From contig NC_057719.1 of the NCBI RefSeq assembly GCF_004010195.1, forward strand, positions 21,342,418 to 21,406,417: a stretch of DNA of 64,000 nucleotides, given 5' to 3'. Source of the DNA: Chiloscyllium plagiosum (lineage: Eukaryota). The notes below the pieces were generated by a model. That model was not told the DNA's origin, searched no databases, and saw only the letters and a list, made by a program, of their open reading frames with translations. Both the position numbers and the translations under genes were made by a program. How positions within the stretch are numbered: position 1 is the stretch's first letter; the number at the start of each line of letters is the position of its first letter. This document shows, in pieces, positions 1-13,000 of this stretch.

Positions 1-382
1 AGACCACCAAGTTGAGGTGTGAGGGCATCTCGCTGGGCCAGGAAGCTGCCATGGCAGGGCAAGAGGATGCCACCTCAGATCTGCGCTGAGGCCGGGAATT
101 CCAATGCCGCAAGTTCAGCAGTCGCGAGGTCAGAGGCCAGGAGTTCCGAGCCGAGGCTTTTGAGTCTGGAAGATCCAAGATCATAAGATTTGAGGCCAGG
201 AGTTCAGAGGCTGCGAAGCACCAAGACCATGAGGTTGCAGGCCGGGAGGTCCAAGGCCAGGAGATCAGAGGCTGAGCAGGCTGAATGGGAGAAAAGAAGA
301 AGACAAAAGAAAGAAAAAAAGAAAAGGAATGGACGGAGTGGACGAGATCTAGTTGAAGCGTCCTACTTCACCGCCATCTTGG
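1..382 (-). mobile_element. Probable 5' end of a non-LTR element (possibly Rex1/Babar-related, non-autonomous)
   Basis: The minus strand starts CCAAGATGGCGG, followed by a pyrimidine tract and a GC-rich, internally repetitive body that runs off the window edge. Family assignment is inference. Confidence 0.4.
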
Positions 383-1645
383 TTCTGACATTTATCAGCA
401 GGGTATTAGATGCAGATGAAACTGAAGATTCAATCTACTGTGCCCCTCACAAGCACTCCTGCTGCCCATTTCTGCTTATTCAATCAAAGCACCTGATGGT
501 GAATTAGTAGGCCATCAAGTAAGAAAGGTGACAATTATAAATGCACTCGGGAGCTCCGAGCAGAACAGGGACTATATGGCTGGGTATCACGTGGCAAAGT
601 GGTACTGTGTGAATGTAAAGTCAGCCCTAACTAGAACTGTAAAAGTCCCTTACTCTTAGAATCATTCTTTATTTTGCATTAAAAGTTGAAAAACAGGCAG
701 ATATAACCCCCTTGCCCAAAAGGAGCCACTGATACATTCAACTCTGGTACCAAATATCTACCACCCTGGATCATACCCTGGTACAGCAGCAAAACAATCT
801 TGAGGAAAGACTGTCATTTCACCCCGGGGCCGTTTAACCTGTAATATACAAGCAATTTTCTGACTTTAAATTGATTTCAATTCATTACAAGGAATTTTGA
901 ATTACTTGAGCTCCCATGGGCAGTACTTAAGTCGTGGCCCTAAAGGGAAAAGTCAGATTATCAGTTCAGCAACATTATAACAATCCAGACCTCATGTCAC
1001 CTATGAATAGTACCATGAGATCCTTTCAAAGGTTAGTAAATTGTTCTGAGTTATGATAAACTGATGCCATATCATACTGTCAAAGCAGTGTGATCTGAGT
1101 ATAAATGCATCAAATAATCAAAAAGGGAACATTTCAATCAAGGAACATCTCAGACACTGATTTATTTCTAAGCAGGACCATATACTGATAATTCTTATTG
1201 ATCTTTTTTTAAACTTCGGAATCGCATTAAGCCATAAAGTACAGAAATCAGATTCAGGGCAAGTTATTTTAAAAATCTAGTGATAATTCTAATAGTGATG
1301 CTTTGAAATAGTGTTTTATTTATATATGGAAGTGATTCAAAATCCTAACCAGAGAGCTGAAAGTAGTTCTGTTTAAAGTTACTGGAAAATATTTTTGTTA
1401 TCTGCAATCACTGTGGACAGGTTAAACCCAAACTCACCAGGTTGGAAACTCATAGGATAGATGAATGGTATTTCTACTTATTGTTCAATATCACTTTATG
1501 CCGACTTTAATGAAGATTTAGAGCAGGAGGATTGGAAAATAGCACTACACATGATACTGACAGTTTGCTGACACGTTAGATTAGAATTACTCCCCACAGT
1601 CAAACTTAAGTAGGACTGAAAGGATGCAAGTTTAATTCTATTTGA

Positions 1646-1738
1646 TTCCTGAAGAAGGGCTCATGCCCGAAACATCGATTCTCCTGCTCCTTGGATGCTG
1701 CCTGACCTGCTGCACTTTTCCAGCAACACATTTTCAGC
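1646..1738 (+). mobile_element. Solo PLE pseudo-LTR unit (family A) with hammerhead motif
   Basis: Near-identical to other family A pLTRs in the window. Flanked by a 14-bp direct repeat TTAATTCTATTTGA (1632-1645, 1739-1752). Contains CTGAAGA-A-GGGC tcat GCCC-GAAAC-ATC. Confidence 0.9.
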
Positions 1739-3006
1739 TTAATTCTATTTGAAACAGGTACCTTAGCATTCTCATTAAAACAGTGAGAAAACCACATGGA
1801 TATGATAAGGATTCAATATTGTCATGTCTGGAAAGTGTAACTTGAAAGATCAAATTCTCTCGATCCCACTAATTTACTGGTCACTTGCATGAATTGTGCT
1901 GTTTGGTAACAAGAGTTGGTCCTGATTTCGAACTCAAACAAAATTATTCTTTGTTTATGACATTGAATATATATCAGTACTGATAAACGATTCTATCACA
2001 TGTACTGATGCTACAAGCGGACGCTTGCTATTACTGAATAATTCCAGAATCTTGACATTGGATCTGTCTCACAGGACTAGCCATATTCTATAGCTGGAAT
2101 TCTCTGGTATAGACACAGGCTCCACAGGAGACACAAACATAACAACAAAGAATAGGCTCAATAAATCTCGGCTCATATAACCATTACTTGTGTTACTCGT
2201 ACAACAAACCCTGGTATAGTTATGATACTCCCAAGCATAATGTTTGATGTAGTTTAACTCACCTCATCCACAATTTGTCTCTATGTTGTATGAAGCATAT
2301 GAAAAGAAAGGTTTGTATTGAATTTATTAAGCTTGTTTATCATTTTCTGCAATTATCATGATCTAACATGTTTGATGTTGTGAAGATGAAGGTTTTATTT
2401 CAGAATTAGGCAGTATTATTGATGATTGCAGTGTATAACTGAGAATGGTATCAAATGCTCTTAATAATGCCAACATTGCAAGACGTAAATCAAAGCAAGG
2501 ATTCAGTGGGCAGAAATATAAAATAAAAATTATTTATTTCATTAATATCATAGTAAGCTAATATAATGTACGAATCCAATAAATTGCTCAAATAATGCTT
2601 TATTTGTGGTTCTTGGCACCTAATCATACAAAAGGTGTAATTGTATATTCAATGATGAGCAATTAGGTAAAGAATTTGAGTTACAGGAAGAATTTTAACT
2701 CATGAACAGTGGATTTGAGTGAATGGGAGATTAAAGTGATAAGAGTCTGAATCACAATGCCAATAGCACCATTCACCATAGCTGCAAGCCTCAATGGACG
2801 AGCTGTTATCCATTCAACTCTGAATCTCGGGTTTCCCAGGAGACCTGGCAACTAATCCTGGAAGTGGCTCAAGTAGAAAGGCACTAAGCTTTTGAATCTG
2901 GAGCACCTGGCTGCAATTGTACTCTCACTCAACCTCTTTCCATCTCCCCCACTCCATTCCCCCCAACAATCTTTTCCATTCTCAATCCACCTCCACTACC
3001 TTTAAG

Positions 3007-4237
3007 GAGAAAGTGAGGTCTGCAGATGTTGGAGATCAGAGCCGGAGATGTGTTGCTGGAAAAGCGCAGCAGGTCAGGCAGCATCCAGGGAACAGGAGAA
3101 TCGACGTTTNNNNNNNNNNNNNNNNNNNNNNNNNNNNNNNNNNNNNNNNNNNNNNNNNNNNNNNNNNNNNNNNNNNNNNNNNNNNNNNNNNNNNNNNNNN
3201 NNNNNNNNNNNNNNNNNNNNNNNNNNNNNNNNNNNNNNNNNNNNNNNNNNNNNNNNNNNNNNNNNNNNNNNNNNNNNNNNNNNNNNNNNNNNNNNNNNNN
3301 NNNNNNNNNNNNNNNNNNNNNNNNNNNNNNNNNNNNNNNNNNNNNNNNNNNNNNNNNNNNNNNNNNNNNNNNNNNNNNNNNNNNNNNNNNNNNNNNNNNN
3401 NNNNNNNNNNNNNNNNNNNNNNNNNNNNNNNNNNNNNNNNNNNNNNNNNNNNNNNNNNNNNNNNNNNNNNNNNNNNNNNNNNNNNNNNNNNNNNNNNNNN
3501 NNNNNNNNNNNNNNNNNNNNNNNNNNNNNNNNNNNNNNNNNNNNNNNNNNNNNNNNNNNNNNNNNNNNNNNNNNNNNNNNNNNNNNNNNNNNNNNNNNNN
3601 NNNNNNNNNNNNNNNNNNNNNNNNNNNNNNNNNNNNNNNNNNNNNNNNNNNNNNNNNNNNNNNNNNNNNNNNNNNNNNNNNNNNNNNNNNNNNNNNNNNN
3701 NNNNNNNNNNNNNNNNNNNNNNNNNNNNNNNNNNNNNNNNNNNNNNNNNNNNNNNNNNNNNNNNNNNNNNNNNNNNNNNNNNNNNNNNNNNNNNNNNNNN
3801 NNNNNNNNNNNNNNNNNNNNNNNNNNNNNNNNNNNNNNNNNNNNNNNNNNNNNNNNNNNNNNNNNNNNNNNNNNNNNNNNNNNNNNNNNNNNNNNNNNNN
3901 NNNNNNNNNNNNNNNNNNNNNNNNNNNNNNNNNNNNNNNNNNNNNNNNNNNNNNNNNNNNNNNNNNNNNNNNNNNNNNNNNNNNNNNNNNNNNNNNNNNN
4001 NNNNNNNNNNNNNNNNNNNNNNNNNNNNNNNNNNNNNNNNNNNNNNNNNNNNNNNNNNNNNNNNNNNNNNNNNNNNNNNNNAGGAATCTGGGACTGTCCA
4101 GGTGAATTTGAGGTCGGGGTGGAAGGTGTTGGTGAAGTGGATGAACTGTTCAACTTCCTCGTGGGAGCACGAGGCGGTGCCGATACAGTCATCGATGTAG
4201 CGGAGGAAAAGGTGGGGGTGGGGCCAGTATAGTTGCG
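3007..4237 (-). mobile_element. Truncated Penelope-like element (family A): RT fragment plus pLTR, spanning an N-gap
   Basis: Minus-strand translation of 4082-4237 reads PHLFLRYIDDCIGTASCSHEEVEQFIHFTNTFHPDLKFTW, a PLE-type YIDD RT core with an HP.LKFT motif. pLTR at 3007-3109; gap at 3110-4081. Confidence 0.9.
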
Positions 4238-4426
4238 GACCCTTGCTCAGTATGCCTCCAAACCACCACAAAGAGTCCGTAGTATCATCCCAAGATCACT
4301 GATTAATAAAATCTGCAACACCGGGATTCTGAAGGTACCTACAGGCATGTAATCCTATAGTCTCCCTCAAATTCTTCAAAATATCTTTCTACCATGAATA
4401 AAAAGGTCGGTTTAAATGTTTGTTTC

Positions 4427-4605
4427 AAGATTAGAGTGGTGCTGGAAAAGCACAGCAGGTCAGGCAGCATCCAGGGAGCAGGAAAATTGACAATTTGGGC
4501 AAAAGCCCTGCCCAAAACATCAATTTTCCTGCTCCTCAGACGCTGCCTGACCTGCTGTGCTTTTCCAGCACCTCTCTAACCTTGACTCTGATCTCCAGCA
4601 TCTGC
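4427..4605. mobile_element. Inverted pLTR pair (PLE family A')
   Basis: The two arms are reverse complements meeting at the GGGCAAAAGCCC ribozyme stem-II remnant. The right arm carries an extra tail. Confidence 0.8.
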
Positions 4606-4738
4606 CTTAAAAGCTTTTTTTCCATTACGATGGTCGCAAAAACTATGAATGATATTTAAAGTGTTCAAAGTATTTTCTAAGATGCCTGTATCCAGTGTGT
4701 TTGGAAATATGATCAAAGTGAACTTTATTTTCATTTGG

Positions 4739-4838
4739 AGAGGTTGCTGGAAAAAACTCCGTAGGTCTGGCAGCACTTGTGAATTTGGATTTTCCTCACA
4801 GATACAGCCAGACCTGCTGAGCTTTTTCAGTAACCTCT
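4739..4838. mobile_element. Old inverted pLTR pair (PLE family D)
   Basis: AGAGGTTGCTGGAAAAA...GGTCTGGC pairs with GCCAGACC...TTTTTCAGTAACCTCT as an inverted repeat. Similar to 52413-52533. Confidence 0.6.
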
Positions 4839-5383
4839 AATCTTATTAGAGAGAAAAACAGTTGGGAAGACAGAGGAATGGGTAATGGTTGGCCTGGGAG
4901 AATGAATGGGAGACAAGCAGTAGGCTGGAAGAACACAGCAAGCCAGGCAGCATCACAAGATGGGGAAGTCAACATTTCAGATGTAACCCTTTTATCTCTT
5001 ACCTGGGTGAATGCATTGCTGCTGAATGCGACCATTACTGGCTGACAATGGGTTGTTTGTGGTGGCGGTCCATGTGATGACATGATCTAATGTGTGGGGG
5101 TCAGGGTAACAAGGTGAAAGAAGGTGCTCAGGCCCTGAAATTATTGAACTCGATATTGAAGCCAGAAGGTTGCTGAGTTCTCAGGCAGAAAATGAGATGT
5201 TGTTCTTTCAGCTTGCACTGAGCTCCTCTGTCGTAAACCCGAGAGAGAGATGTTGGCCAGGGAACACAGAGGTGTGTTGAAACAGCAGGCAACTAGAAAC
5301 TTGGGATCATTTTTTGTGGATAGAATGTAGATGTTCTGCAAAGTGGCAGTCCAGTCTGCACATCATTTCCCCAATGTAGAGGA

Positions 5384-6604
5384 CAAAGTTAAAAATCACA
5401 CAACACCAGGTTATAGTCCAACAAGTTTATTTGGAAGCACTAGCTTTTGGAGCGCTGCTCCTTCATCAGGTGGTTATGGAGCAGGACCATAAGACACAGA
5501 ATTTATAGCAAAACATTACAGTGGCATGCAACCGAAATGATACATTGAACAAACCTAGATTGCTGTTAAGTTTTTCATCTTTTAGAATGAGTTGCAGGTT
5601 TTGGTTCATTAATATGTAAATCCCAGAACTTCACATTCTCGAGATAACTTAAGATTTTATTTTAAAAAGTGACATCTCAGCTCAGACAATGCATTAAAGA
5701 TGTGAGGTTAGAGTCTGTCCATATCCAATCTTGAGTCAGATTGGTTCTATTTCCAAAGTGGAATTTATGAAATATTACATGGATTGACTGCCTGAATTGA
5801 CTGCCTGCAGATTGTGTGCTTTTTGAGCAAAACAGAATGTATCTGCAAATACAATTTTGCAAATACAAATTCACCCCATAGACTTGTGTGTGTGTATATG
5901 TTCTATGTGTGTGTGCATGAGAGAGAGTGTGTGATTGTATGTGAGTGTGTGAATGTAGGTGGGTGTGAGTGTGGGGGAGTGTATGTGTGTGTGTTTGAGA
6001 CACAGCGTATGTATGAGAGAGGGCCTGCGTGAGCGTGTGAATATGTAAGAGTGTGTGTGTATATGTTCTATGTGTGTGTGTAGTGCAGTGGGGTCACCAG
6101 TAGTGTGACATGAAACCAAGTTTCCAGTTGAGGCCATCCTAATGGGTACTGAATTTGGCTGTCAGCTTCTTTTGAGACACAGCGTATGTATGAGAGAGGG
6201 TCTGCGTGAGCGTGTGAATATGTAAGAGTGTGTGTGTTTATGTTCTATGTGTGTGTGTAATGCAGTGGGGTCACCAGTAGGGTGACATGAAACCAAGTTC
6301 CCAGTTGAGGCCATCCTAATGGGTACTGAACTTGGCTGTCAGCTTCTGCTCACCCACTCTGTGTTGTTGCGTATCCTGAAGTCCGCCTCGGAGGATGGTC
6401 ACCCGACGATCCAAGGCCGAATGTCCCTGACCGCTGAAGTGTTCGCCGACTGGGATGGAACACCCCTGTCTGGCAATTGTTATGCTACCTGATGAAGGAG
6501 CAGTGCTCTGAAAGCCAGTGCTTCCAAAAAACCTGTTGAACTATAACCTGGTGTTGTGTGACTTTTAACTTGGTCCACCCCGGTTCAACACCAGCTCCTC
6601 CATG
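5384..6604 (-). mobile_element. PLE family B: GIY-YIG C-terminus, GT-rich 3' region, pLTR and inverted pLTR
   Basis: Minus strand 6280-6480 reads PVGEHFSGQGHSALDRRVTILRGGLQDTQQHRVGEQKLTAKFSTH*DGLN. pLTR with CTGATGA-A-GGAGC..GCTCC at 5384-5475; inverted copy at 6487-6604. Confidence 0.85.
5994..6347. repeat. 177-bp tandem duplication inside PLE family B
   Basis: 5994-6170 and 6171-6347 both run TTTGAGACACAGCG...GTCAGCTTCT, with few differences. Confidence 0.9.
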
Positions 6605-7147
6605 TTGCAAGCAGCAAACACAGTAGACTAGAATGAGTGAAGTGCAGATGAATCATTACATCATCTGGAAGATGTGTCTGTGGCCTTGGATATTAATGAG
6701 GGAGGAAGTAAATGTTCAATGTTACACCTTTTGCGATTTCATGGGAAATTGCCATGCAGTTGTGGAATCATTTGAGGAGTGAAGGAGGACTGGACCAGGG
6801 TGTCTTTGACGGAATGGTCCTTGCAGAAGGCTGACAAGGGAGGGGAGGGAATATTTGACAAAAACAGAAATGACTGTGTAAGCTCAGCAGTTCTGGCACC
6901 GGTTGTGGAGAGAAATCAGAGTTAACATTTTGTGTAAGATTACTCTTTCTCAGAACTAGGGTGAATATATTGCATCCCATTAAAGGGTTGGAAATGATGG
7001 CTGATGACCCTTTGGATGTGGATATTGATGCGATGGCCGGTGAGGACAAGGGGGACATTATCACTGTGTGGGAGGGAAGCGGATACTCTTGTCAGATATC
7101 ACCTCATTCTCAATAGATCCTTCTCAATATCAAGGAAGCTTTGAGAA

Positions 7148-7662
7148 GTTATTGGAAGGATATTATGAAGTTGGACTGGGTTCAGAAGAGGTTTACTAGC
7201 ATGTTGCCAGGTTGTAAAGGTTTGATTTATAAAGGATAGGCTGGATAGGCTGGGACTTTTTCCATTGGAGCATTGGAGGTTGAGAGGCGACCTGATGGAA
7301 GTTTATAAAATAATGAGAAATATAGATAGAGTTAATGATAGTTGTCTTTTCCCTAGGATGGGGGATTTCTAGACTAGGGGGCACATTTGTAAGGTGAGAG
7401 GAGAGAGATTTAAAAAAGACATGAGGCAATTTTTTTACACAAATAATAGTTTGCTTGTGGAATGAACTTCCCGAGGAAGTGGTGGATGTAGGTACAATTA
7501 CAAGGTTTAAAAGACATTTGGATAGATACATGAATAGGAAAGGTTTGGAGGGATATGGGCCAGGACTTGGCACGTGGAACTAGTTTAGTTTGGGATTATG
7601 TTCGGTATGGACTGATTGGACTGAAGGATCTGTTTCCATGCTGTATAACTGTATGATTCTAT
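7148..7662 (+). mobile_element. CR1/HER1-like LINE 3' fragment
   Basis: Degenerate ORF2 C-terminus (RLRGDLMEVYKIM-type motif). The 3' tail is similar to the HE1 SINE tail. Confidence 0.85.
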
Positions 7663-7863
7663 AAGTTTAACATGTGTGTTGGAATGCATCATCAAATTTT
7701 ATCAAAATATTTATTCCCTAAGGGATGAACATAGTATCATTATTGATACAATTGAATCTGTCCATAATCTCCCAAAGAACAAAAGCTGGTAGTACAAGTA
7801 CTTCGTATTATTTTCTCTATGCTCCACAGCTACACTTTTTAGAATGTGAAAACATCGACTCTG

Positions 7864-10075
7864 GAGTCATAGAGTCAAACAGCATGGAAACAGACCCTTC
7901 AGACCAACTCATCCATGCCCACCAACTTTCCCAAACTGATTATTTCCACTTGCTCACATTTGACCCATATCCCTTTAAACTTTTCTATTCATGTACCTGT
8001 CCAAATGTCTTTTAAATGTTGTAACTGTACCTGCATCTACCATTTCCTGGGGTAGTTTATTCCACATACAAATCACCCTCTGTATGAAAAAGTTGCCCCT
8101 CAGGTCCCTTTAAATCTTTCTCCTCTCACTTTAAAAATATGCCCGTAGTTTTGAGCACCCCACCCCAGGGAAAACACCTTTGCAATTCACCTTATCTATG
8201 CCATTCATGATTTTATAAACCTCTGTGAGGTCAACCCTCAATCTCCAATGCTCCAGTAAAAACGTCCCAGACTATCCAGCCTCTCGCCATAACTCAAACT
8301 CTAACATCCCAGCAATACCTTAGTAAGCATTTTCTGAACCCTCTCCAATTCAACAATTTTCTTCCTATAGCAGGACAACTGGAAATGTACACATTACTCC
8401 AAAAGTGGCTTCGCCAACACAACCTCAACGTCTTAACCCAACTCCTATACTCAATGTTTTGAGCAATGAAGGCAAGCGTGCTAAATGCCTTTTTAACCAC
8501 CCTGTCGAACTGTGATGTAAATTTCAAAGAATTATGTACCTGAACCTCTAGATTTCTCTGTTTGTCAACACTACCCAGGGTTGTAAAATTAACTGCATAA
8601 GCCCTGTCCTTGTTGGTTTCACCAAAATGCAACACCTTGCATTTATCCAAATTAAACTCTGTCTGTCACTCCTCAGCCCACTGGCCCAATTGATCAAGAT
8701 CCCTTTGTAATCTTAGATAATCTTCTTCATCAATGAGACCACCAATTTCAGTGTCATCTGCTAACTTACTAACTTACAAATTTACCATGCTTTCTAAATT
8801 CTCATCCAAATTGTTTATATAAATGATGAACAAAGGTGGACCCAACACTGATCTCTGCAAAACACACTGGTCGCAGGCTTCCAGTCCAAAGAAAAACCCT
8901 CCACCACCACCCTCTGAATGCTGTCAAGCCAATTTTGTATCCAACTGGCAAGCTCGCCCTGAATCCCATGCGATCTAACTTTACTAATTAGTCTACCATG
9001 CTGAACCTTGTCAAAGGCTTTACTCAAACATCAATTATTGCTCTGCCCTCATCAATCTTTTTGCTTACATCTTTAAAAAGCTCAGTCAAGTTTGTGAGAC
9101 ACATTTTCCCACACACAAAACTATGCTGACTATCCCTAATCAGTCCTTGTCTCTCCAAATGCACGTCAATCCTATCTCTCAGAATCCCCTCCAACATCTT
9201 ACCCATCAATGATATCAGACTCTCTGGTCTTCAGTTCCCAGCTTCTCTATGCAGTCTTTCTTAAATAAAGGCACAAAATTAGCCACCCTCCAGTCTTCCG
9301 CAACCTCACCTGTGGCTGTAGATGATAAAAATATTGCTGCTGGGAGTCCGGCAATTTCGTCCCTAACTTCCCATAATGTCCTCGGATAATTCGATCAGGT
9401 TCCAGAGACTTATCCACTTTTATGCTGTTTGAGACTTCCAACACCACTTCTCTAATATGGATTGTTTTCAAGACATCAATATTTATTTCCCTGTGTTCTG
9501 CAGCCTCCATTTCTTTCTCTACAGTAAAAACTGACGTGAAATATTTGTTAAGTATTTCTCCCATCCCCCTTGTGTCTCACATAGTCAACCTTGTTGATCG
9601 TTAAGGGGAGAAAGTGAGGTCTGCAGATGCTGGAGATCAGAGATGGAAATGTGTTGCTGGAAAACAGGTCAGGCAGCATCTAGGGAACAGGAGAATTGAC
9701 GTTTCGGGCATTAGCCCTTCTTCAGGATCGTTAAGGGGTCCTATTCTCTCCTAGTTGCTCTTTTGTTCTTAATGTACTTGTGGAATCTGGATAATCCTTA
9801 ACCTTATCTACCAAGGCTACCTCATATCCCCTTTTTGCCCTCCTGATTTCCCTCTTCAGAATGCCCCTACACCCGTTATACTCTTCAAGAAATTCACTTG
9901 ATCCCAGTTGATCACGCCTAATTTATGATTCCTCTTCACCAGAGCCTCAATATCTTTATTCATCCATTATTCCTTATATTTACCAGCTATACTCTTCATA
10001 CTAACAGAAACATAATGCCTCCAAGCTCTCATTATTTCACTTTTGAAAGCCTCCCATTTGTTAGTCATCTCAGTA
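7864..10075 (-). mobile_element. CR1/HER1-like LINE, ~2 kb decayed ORF2
   Basis: ORF-track fragments MGEILNKYFTSVFT, SQHSFVCGKMCLTNL, SKAFDKVQHGRL and KCKVLHFG; 3' tail at 7864. Confidence 0.9.
9609..9725 (-). mobile_element. Solo PLE family A pLTR/hammerhead unit inserted in a CR1
   Basis: 13-bp TSD GATCGTTAAGGGG (9596-9608, 9726-9738). Minus strand reads CTGAAGA-A-GGGC taat GCCC-GAAAC-GTC. Confidence 0.9.
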
Positions 10076-13000
10076 CCTACGAACTACCAGTTTGATAACA
10101 TGCAAGCCAAATAGCTGATTAGGCTTTCAAAACAAATTATCTAAGCCTTACTGATTTAGATATGATTAGGTATTGAGAATATGACCTCACAAAACTCCAA
10201 ATCATCTGTTATGCAATCAGTCTCATCATTCATTCATTACTTTCCTCCAGCACTACATATATATAGACGAATAGAAATGAATGATGATTTAATTTGCTAA
10301 TACAACTACAGGCTTGGGCATAAGTGAAAGATTGTTAATTTGGACTGTGCACATCTGTGAGAATTATTTGAAACTGTTACTCCTTTTCATCACCGGAGGA
10401 TCTTTCAAATTTTAGTCTTGACAAATAACATCTACTTCCAATTAAATATGAATTAATATCTAAAGTTAAATTAAATGTTTTTTTTTAAAGAATGAATCAC
10501 ACTGCTACTCCAAAATTATAATTATGTCATCCCATTCACAAGACCATATGAGATGATCAAGAAATTTCCTTGGCTTGATCTCCCTTTATACAGTACATCT
10601 TCCATATAAAGCAGGCTGCTTTGCTTCATCATTTCCACAGCATCGTAAAGGGACAGGAATGAAACAAGAAGATGACAGTAACTCAAAAGGAACGTCCTTC
10701 AACACCACATTCTCAATGGCAGCTAGGGAAGGTTAATAAGTATTGGCTTTGTCAACGGTGCCCATATCTTGAGAATAAATGTAAATATGATTTGATATTG
10801 CAAGAGTTAGAAACAATGTACCATTCAGCAGATGATGCGACATGATATATCATTTGAATCTATGTTGTCCATGTATTTAAAGAAACATAGATTGTGAAGT
10901 GGTTGAAAGGATGGCATGAGTAAATAGAATTTCTCTATAAAACTGAATGACATGTTTACAACAGCTAACAGGCTATTTGCTTAATATTAAAGAATATTTT
11001 ATACAGTTGTATAGCTTCATAGCAAAGTTGGTTCAGGATCTCTAATGTAATGAATAGGGCAATGTTTTTTTTAGAGATTTTTAAATATTAGGGGTCTACA
11101 TGGTTGTTATCAATTTTATTGATCTAAGTGTTGCTGTGCTCATATGACAGTATGTAGTTACGTAATTTAGAAAACAAATGTTTACAAATGATTAATGTCA
11201 TTCCAGTCACTGCAAGTGAAGAAATCAGACAATGTTTTGCAGCATTTGGCTACAGCTGAAATAAATGTTGAGGTCCGGATAAGTTCGTAATATTGCTTCT
11301 GTTATGGGTGGAAGTTTGATATTGGCTGTAAACAATCACATAAGTGTGACAGGAAAGCAGAATAAATCTGAGAATCTGAAATCCTTGTGATCGCTGCAAT
11401 CCAGTGTATTGAAACACTGAGAACTGTCTTCTAGTCTGCATCAGCAAAGAACACACATTTGCACAATTATTTGCACAATTCAGAATTTCTCTTCACATCA
11501 CCTCTACTTTGTCATTAAAATAGGCCTTAAATTTGACTTCTATAACTTCACTTCAACTCCAAATCCGAAACCCATACTTCCTTTAGGGTAATTTTTAAAA
11601 TTCTGTTTTTCAAATATTCATAGACATTGCCTTTGATAATTCCTTTGATGTTTCCAGAAGAGTTTTGTTTTGTGGCTAAACACTTCCATATTTAATGCTT
11701 AGTGGTTCAGAAGTTAATGTGTGCAGATATCTTTTCCCAATCGAGGTCAGGTTTTGTTTCATGCTCGAAAGGAAAAGTCTATTCAGGATTTATTCTCAAG
11801 CTGTTTTCATTTTAGTAGTTAATCAATTTATTGCTCACAGTCATCATAGTATTCTCCAAAGTAAAGAACTTTAAAAGTATCACAGGACTGTACTGCAGAA
11901 TATTTAGATCCCAGTTAAATGTTTTAATTTGCTCTTAACTGAGACCAATTAATTACACTTCATTCTGATTTCAAAGAAACTATTTTTGACTGTGTGACAA
12001 AGGATTTTCCAGTTTCAACTGGAAAATTGCATAATAGCTCTATGAGGTTAGGTGCTAAAAATTCTTTCGGATGAAAGTGTACTGCATTACAACACAAACA
12101 CCCAAATGCATAAGACATTTATGCAAATCTTTCTTGTCTTTATAATCACATTAAAGCAGTAAAAGAGTTTCAAACAAATGTATTAAATATGCTAATGTGT
12201 TGTTACAAAATTTTACCTCATAAATAAATGTGTCAATTAAATTAAGGCAATTTGAACAGAAGTGAAAACATTGACATTATGTAATTAATTCTTCAGAAGA
12301 TCCAAGACGCATTTGCCCCTGACATGTGTCAGGTACATGAAAAATATCTATAAAATTAATTCCATTCCAACATAATGCAACCACACTTTTCAAAATTATA
12401 AGTACACGAGATATGTCACACAAAATGTAATGTCACTCCATGTTCTGAATGACAATTAATTTTTGAGACAGAGTAGCATAAACTCATGAGTCTCCATCTT
12501 TCTTTTATTGGATAAGTGCGAGTTGAATCAATTTCTTTGGAGGGTTTCTCACTCTGTGGCCTAGCTCAATTTTTTGCCATAACTTATTAAACCTGCCTCA
12601 ATAGCAATCTGCCCCGTTCCTATGGTGTCCCTCGCATCTGATGCCGTTCCTATCTTATGTGCCGTTCTCAGAACAACTTGCCACTCAGCACATATCCACT
12701 GTAAGATGGACATCTTTGCACTCATACCACTGGGACAAGTATTGGCAATGCAGCAGTACCCCCTTGACTGCAACATATTGGCACAACAGCCATAAACCCA
12801 CACAGCTCATGGCAAAGAACTAACACTCCCTCACAAGTACAATTCCATTCTCTCAACCTAGTTGTTGTTTAACCATCATCCCAAAATTTACCTGTTCTTA
12901 GCTACATCCTGTCTAGCCATCTGTTCTAGCTCACTGCTACCCTGTCACCAATGGTCTTTGGAGACCTGCATCTTGTCGTTGCTGAGGAGAGGAACACAAT

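Larger units (their letters stand above)
4920..7080 (-). mobile_element. Old degenerate Neptune-type PLE, split by a younger PLE
   Basis: Minus strand near 6605-6670 gives FICTSLILVYCVCC; near 5330-5383 it gives LYIGEMMCRLDCHFAEHL. These are the two halves of a GIY-YIG motif. pLTR-like remnant near 4920-4990. Outer boundaries are approximate. Confidence 0.7.

Noticed and set aside
190..507. Lys/Arg-rich 105-aa ORF
   Set aside because: It is the antisense of a repeat's pyrimidine tract and has a non-ATG start.
2917..4271. Long 240-430 aa ORFs here and at 38889-39926 and 60722-61886
   Set aside because: These are artefacts of translating through N-gaps.
5677..6137. His/Thr-rich ORFs
   Set aside because: These are translations of the GT/CA microsatellite.
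12297..12338. Possible 36-nt exon (ttcttcag|AAG...CAG|gtacat; KIQDAFAPDMCQ)
   Set aside because: Weak donor, no recognisable protein and no supporting neighbouring exons.
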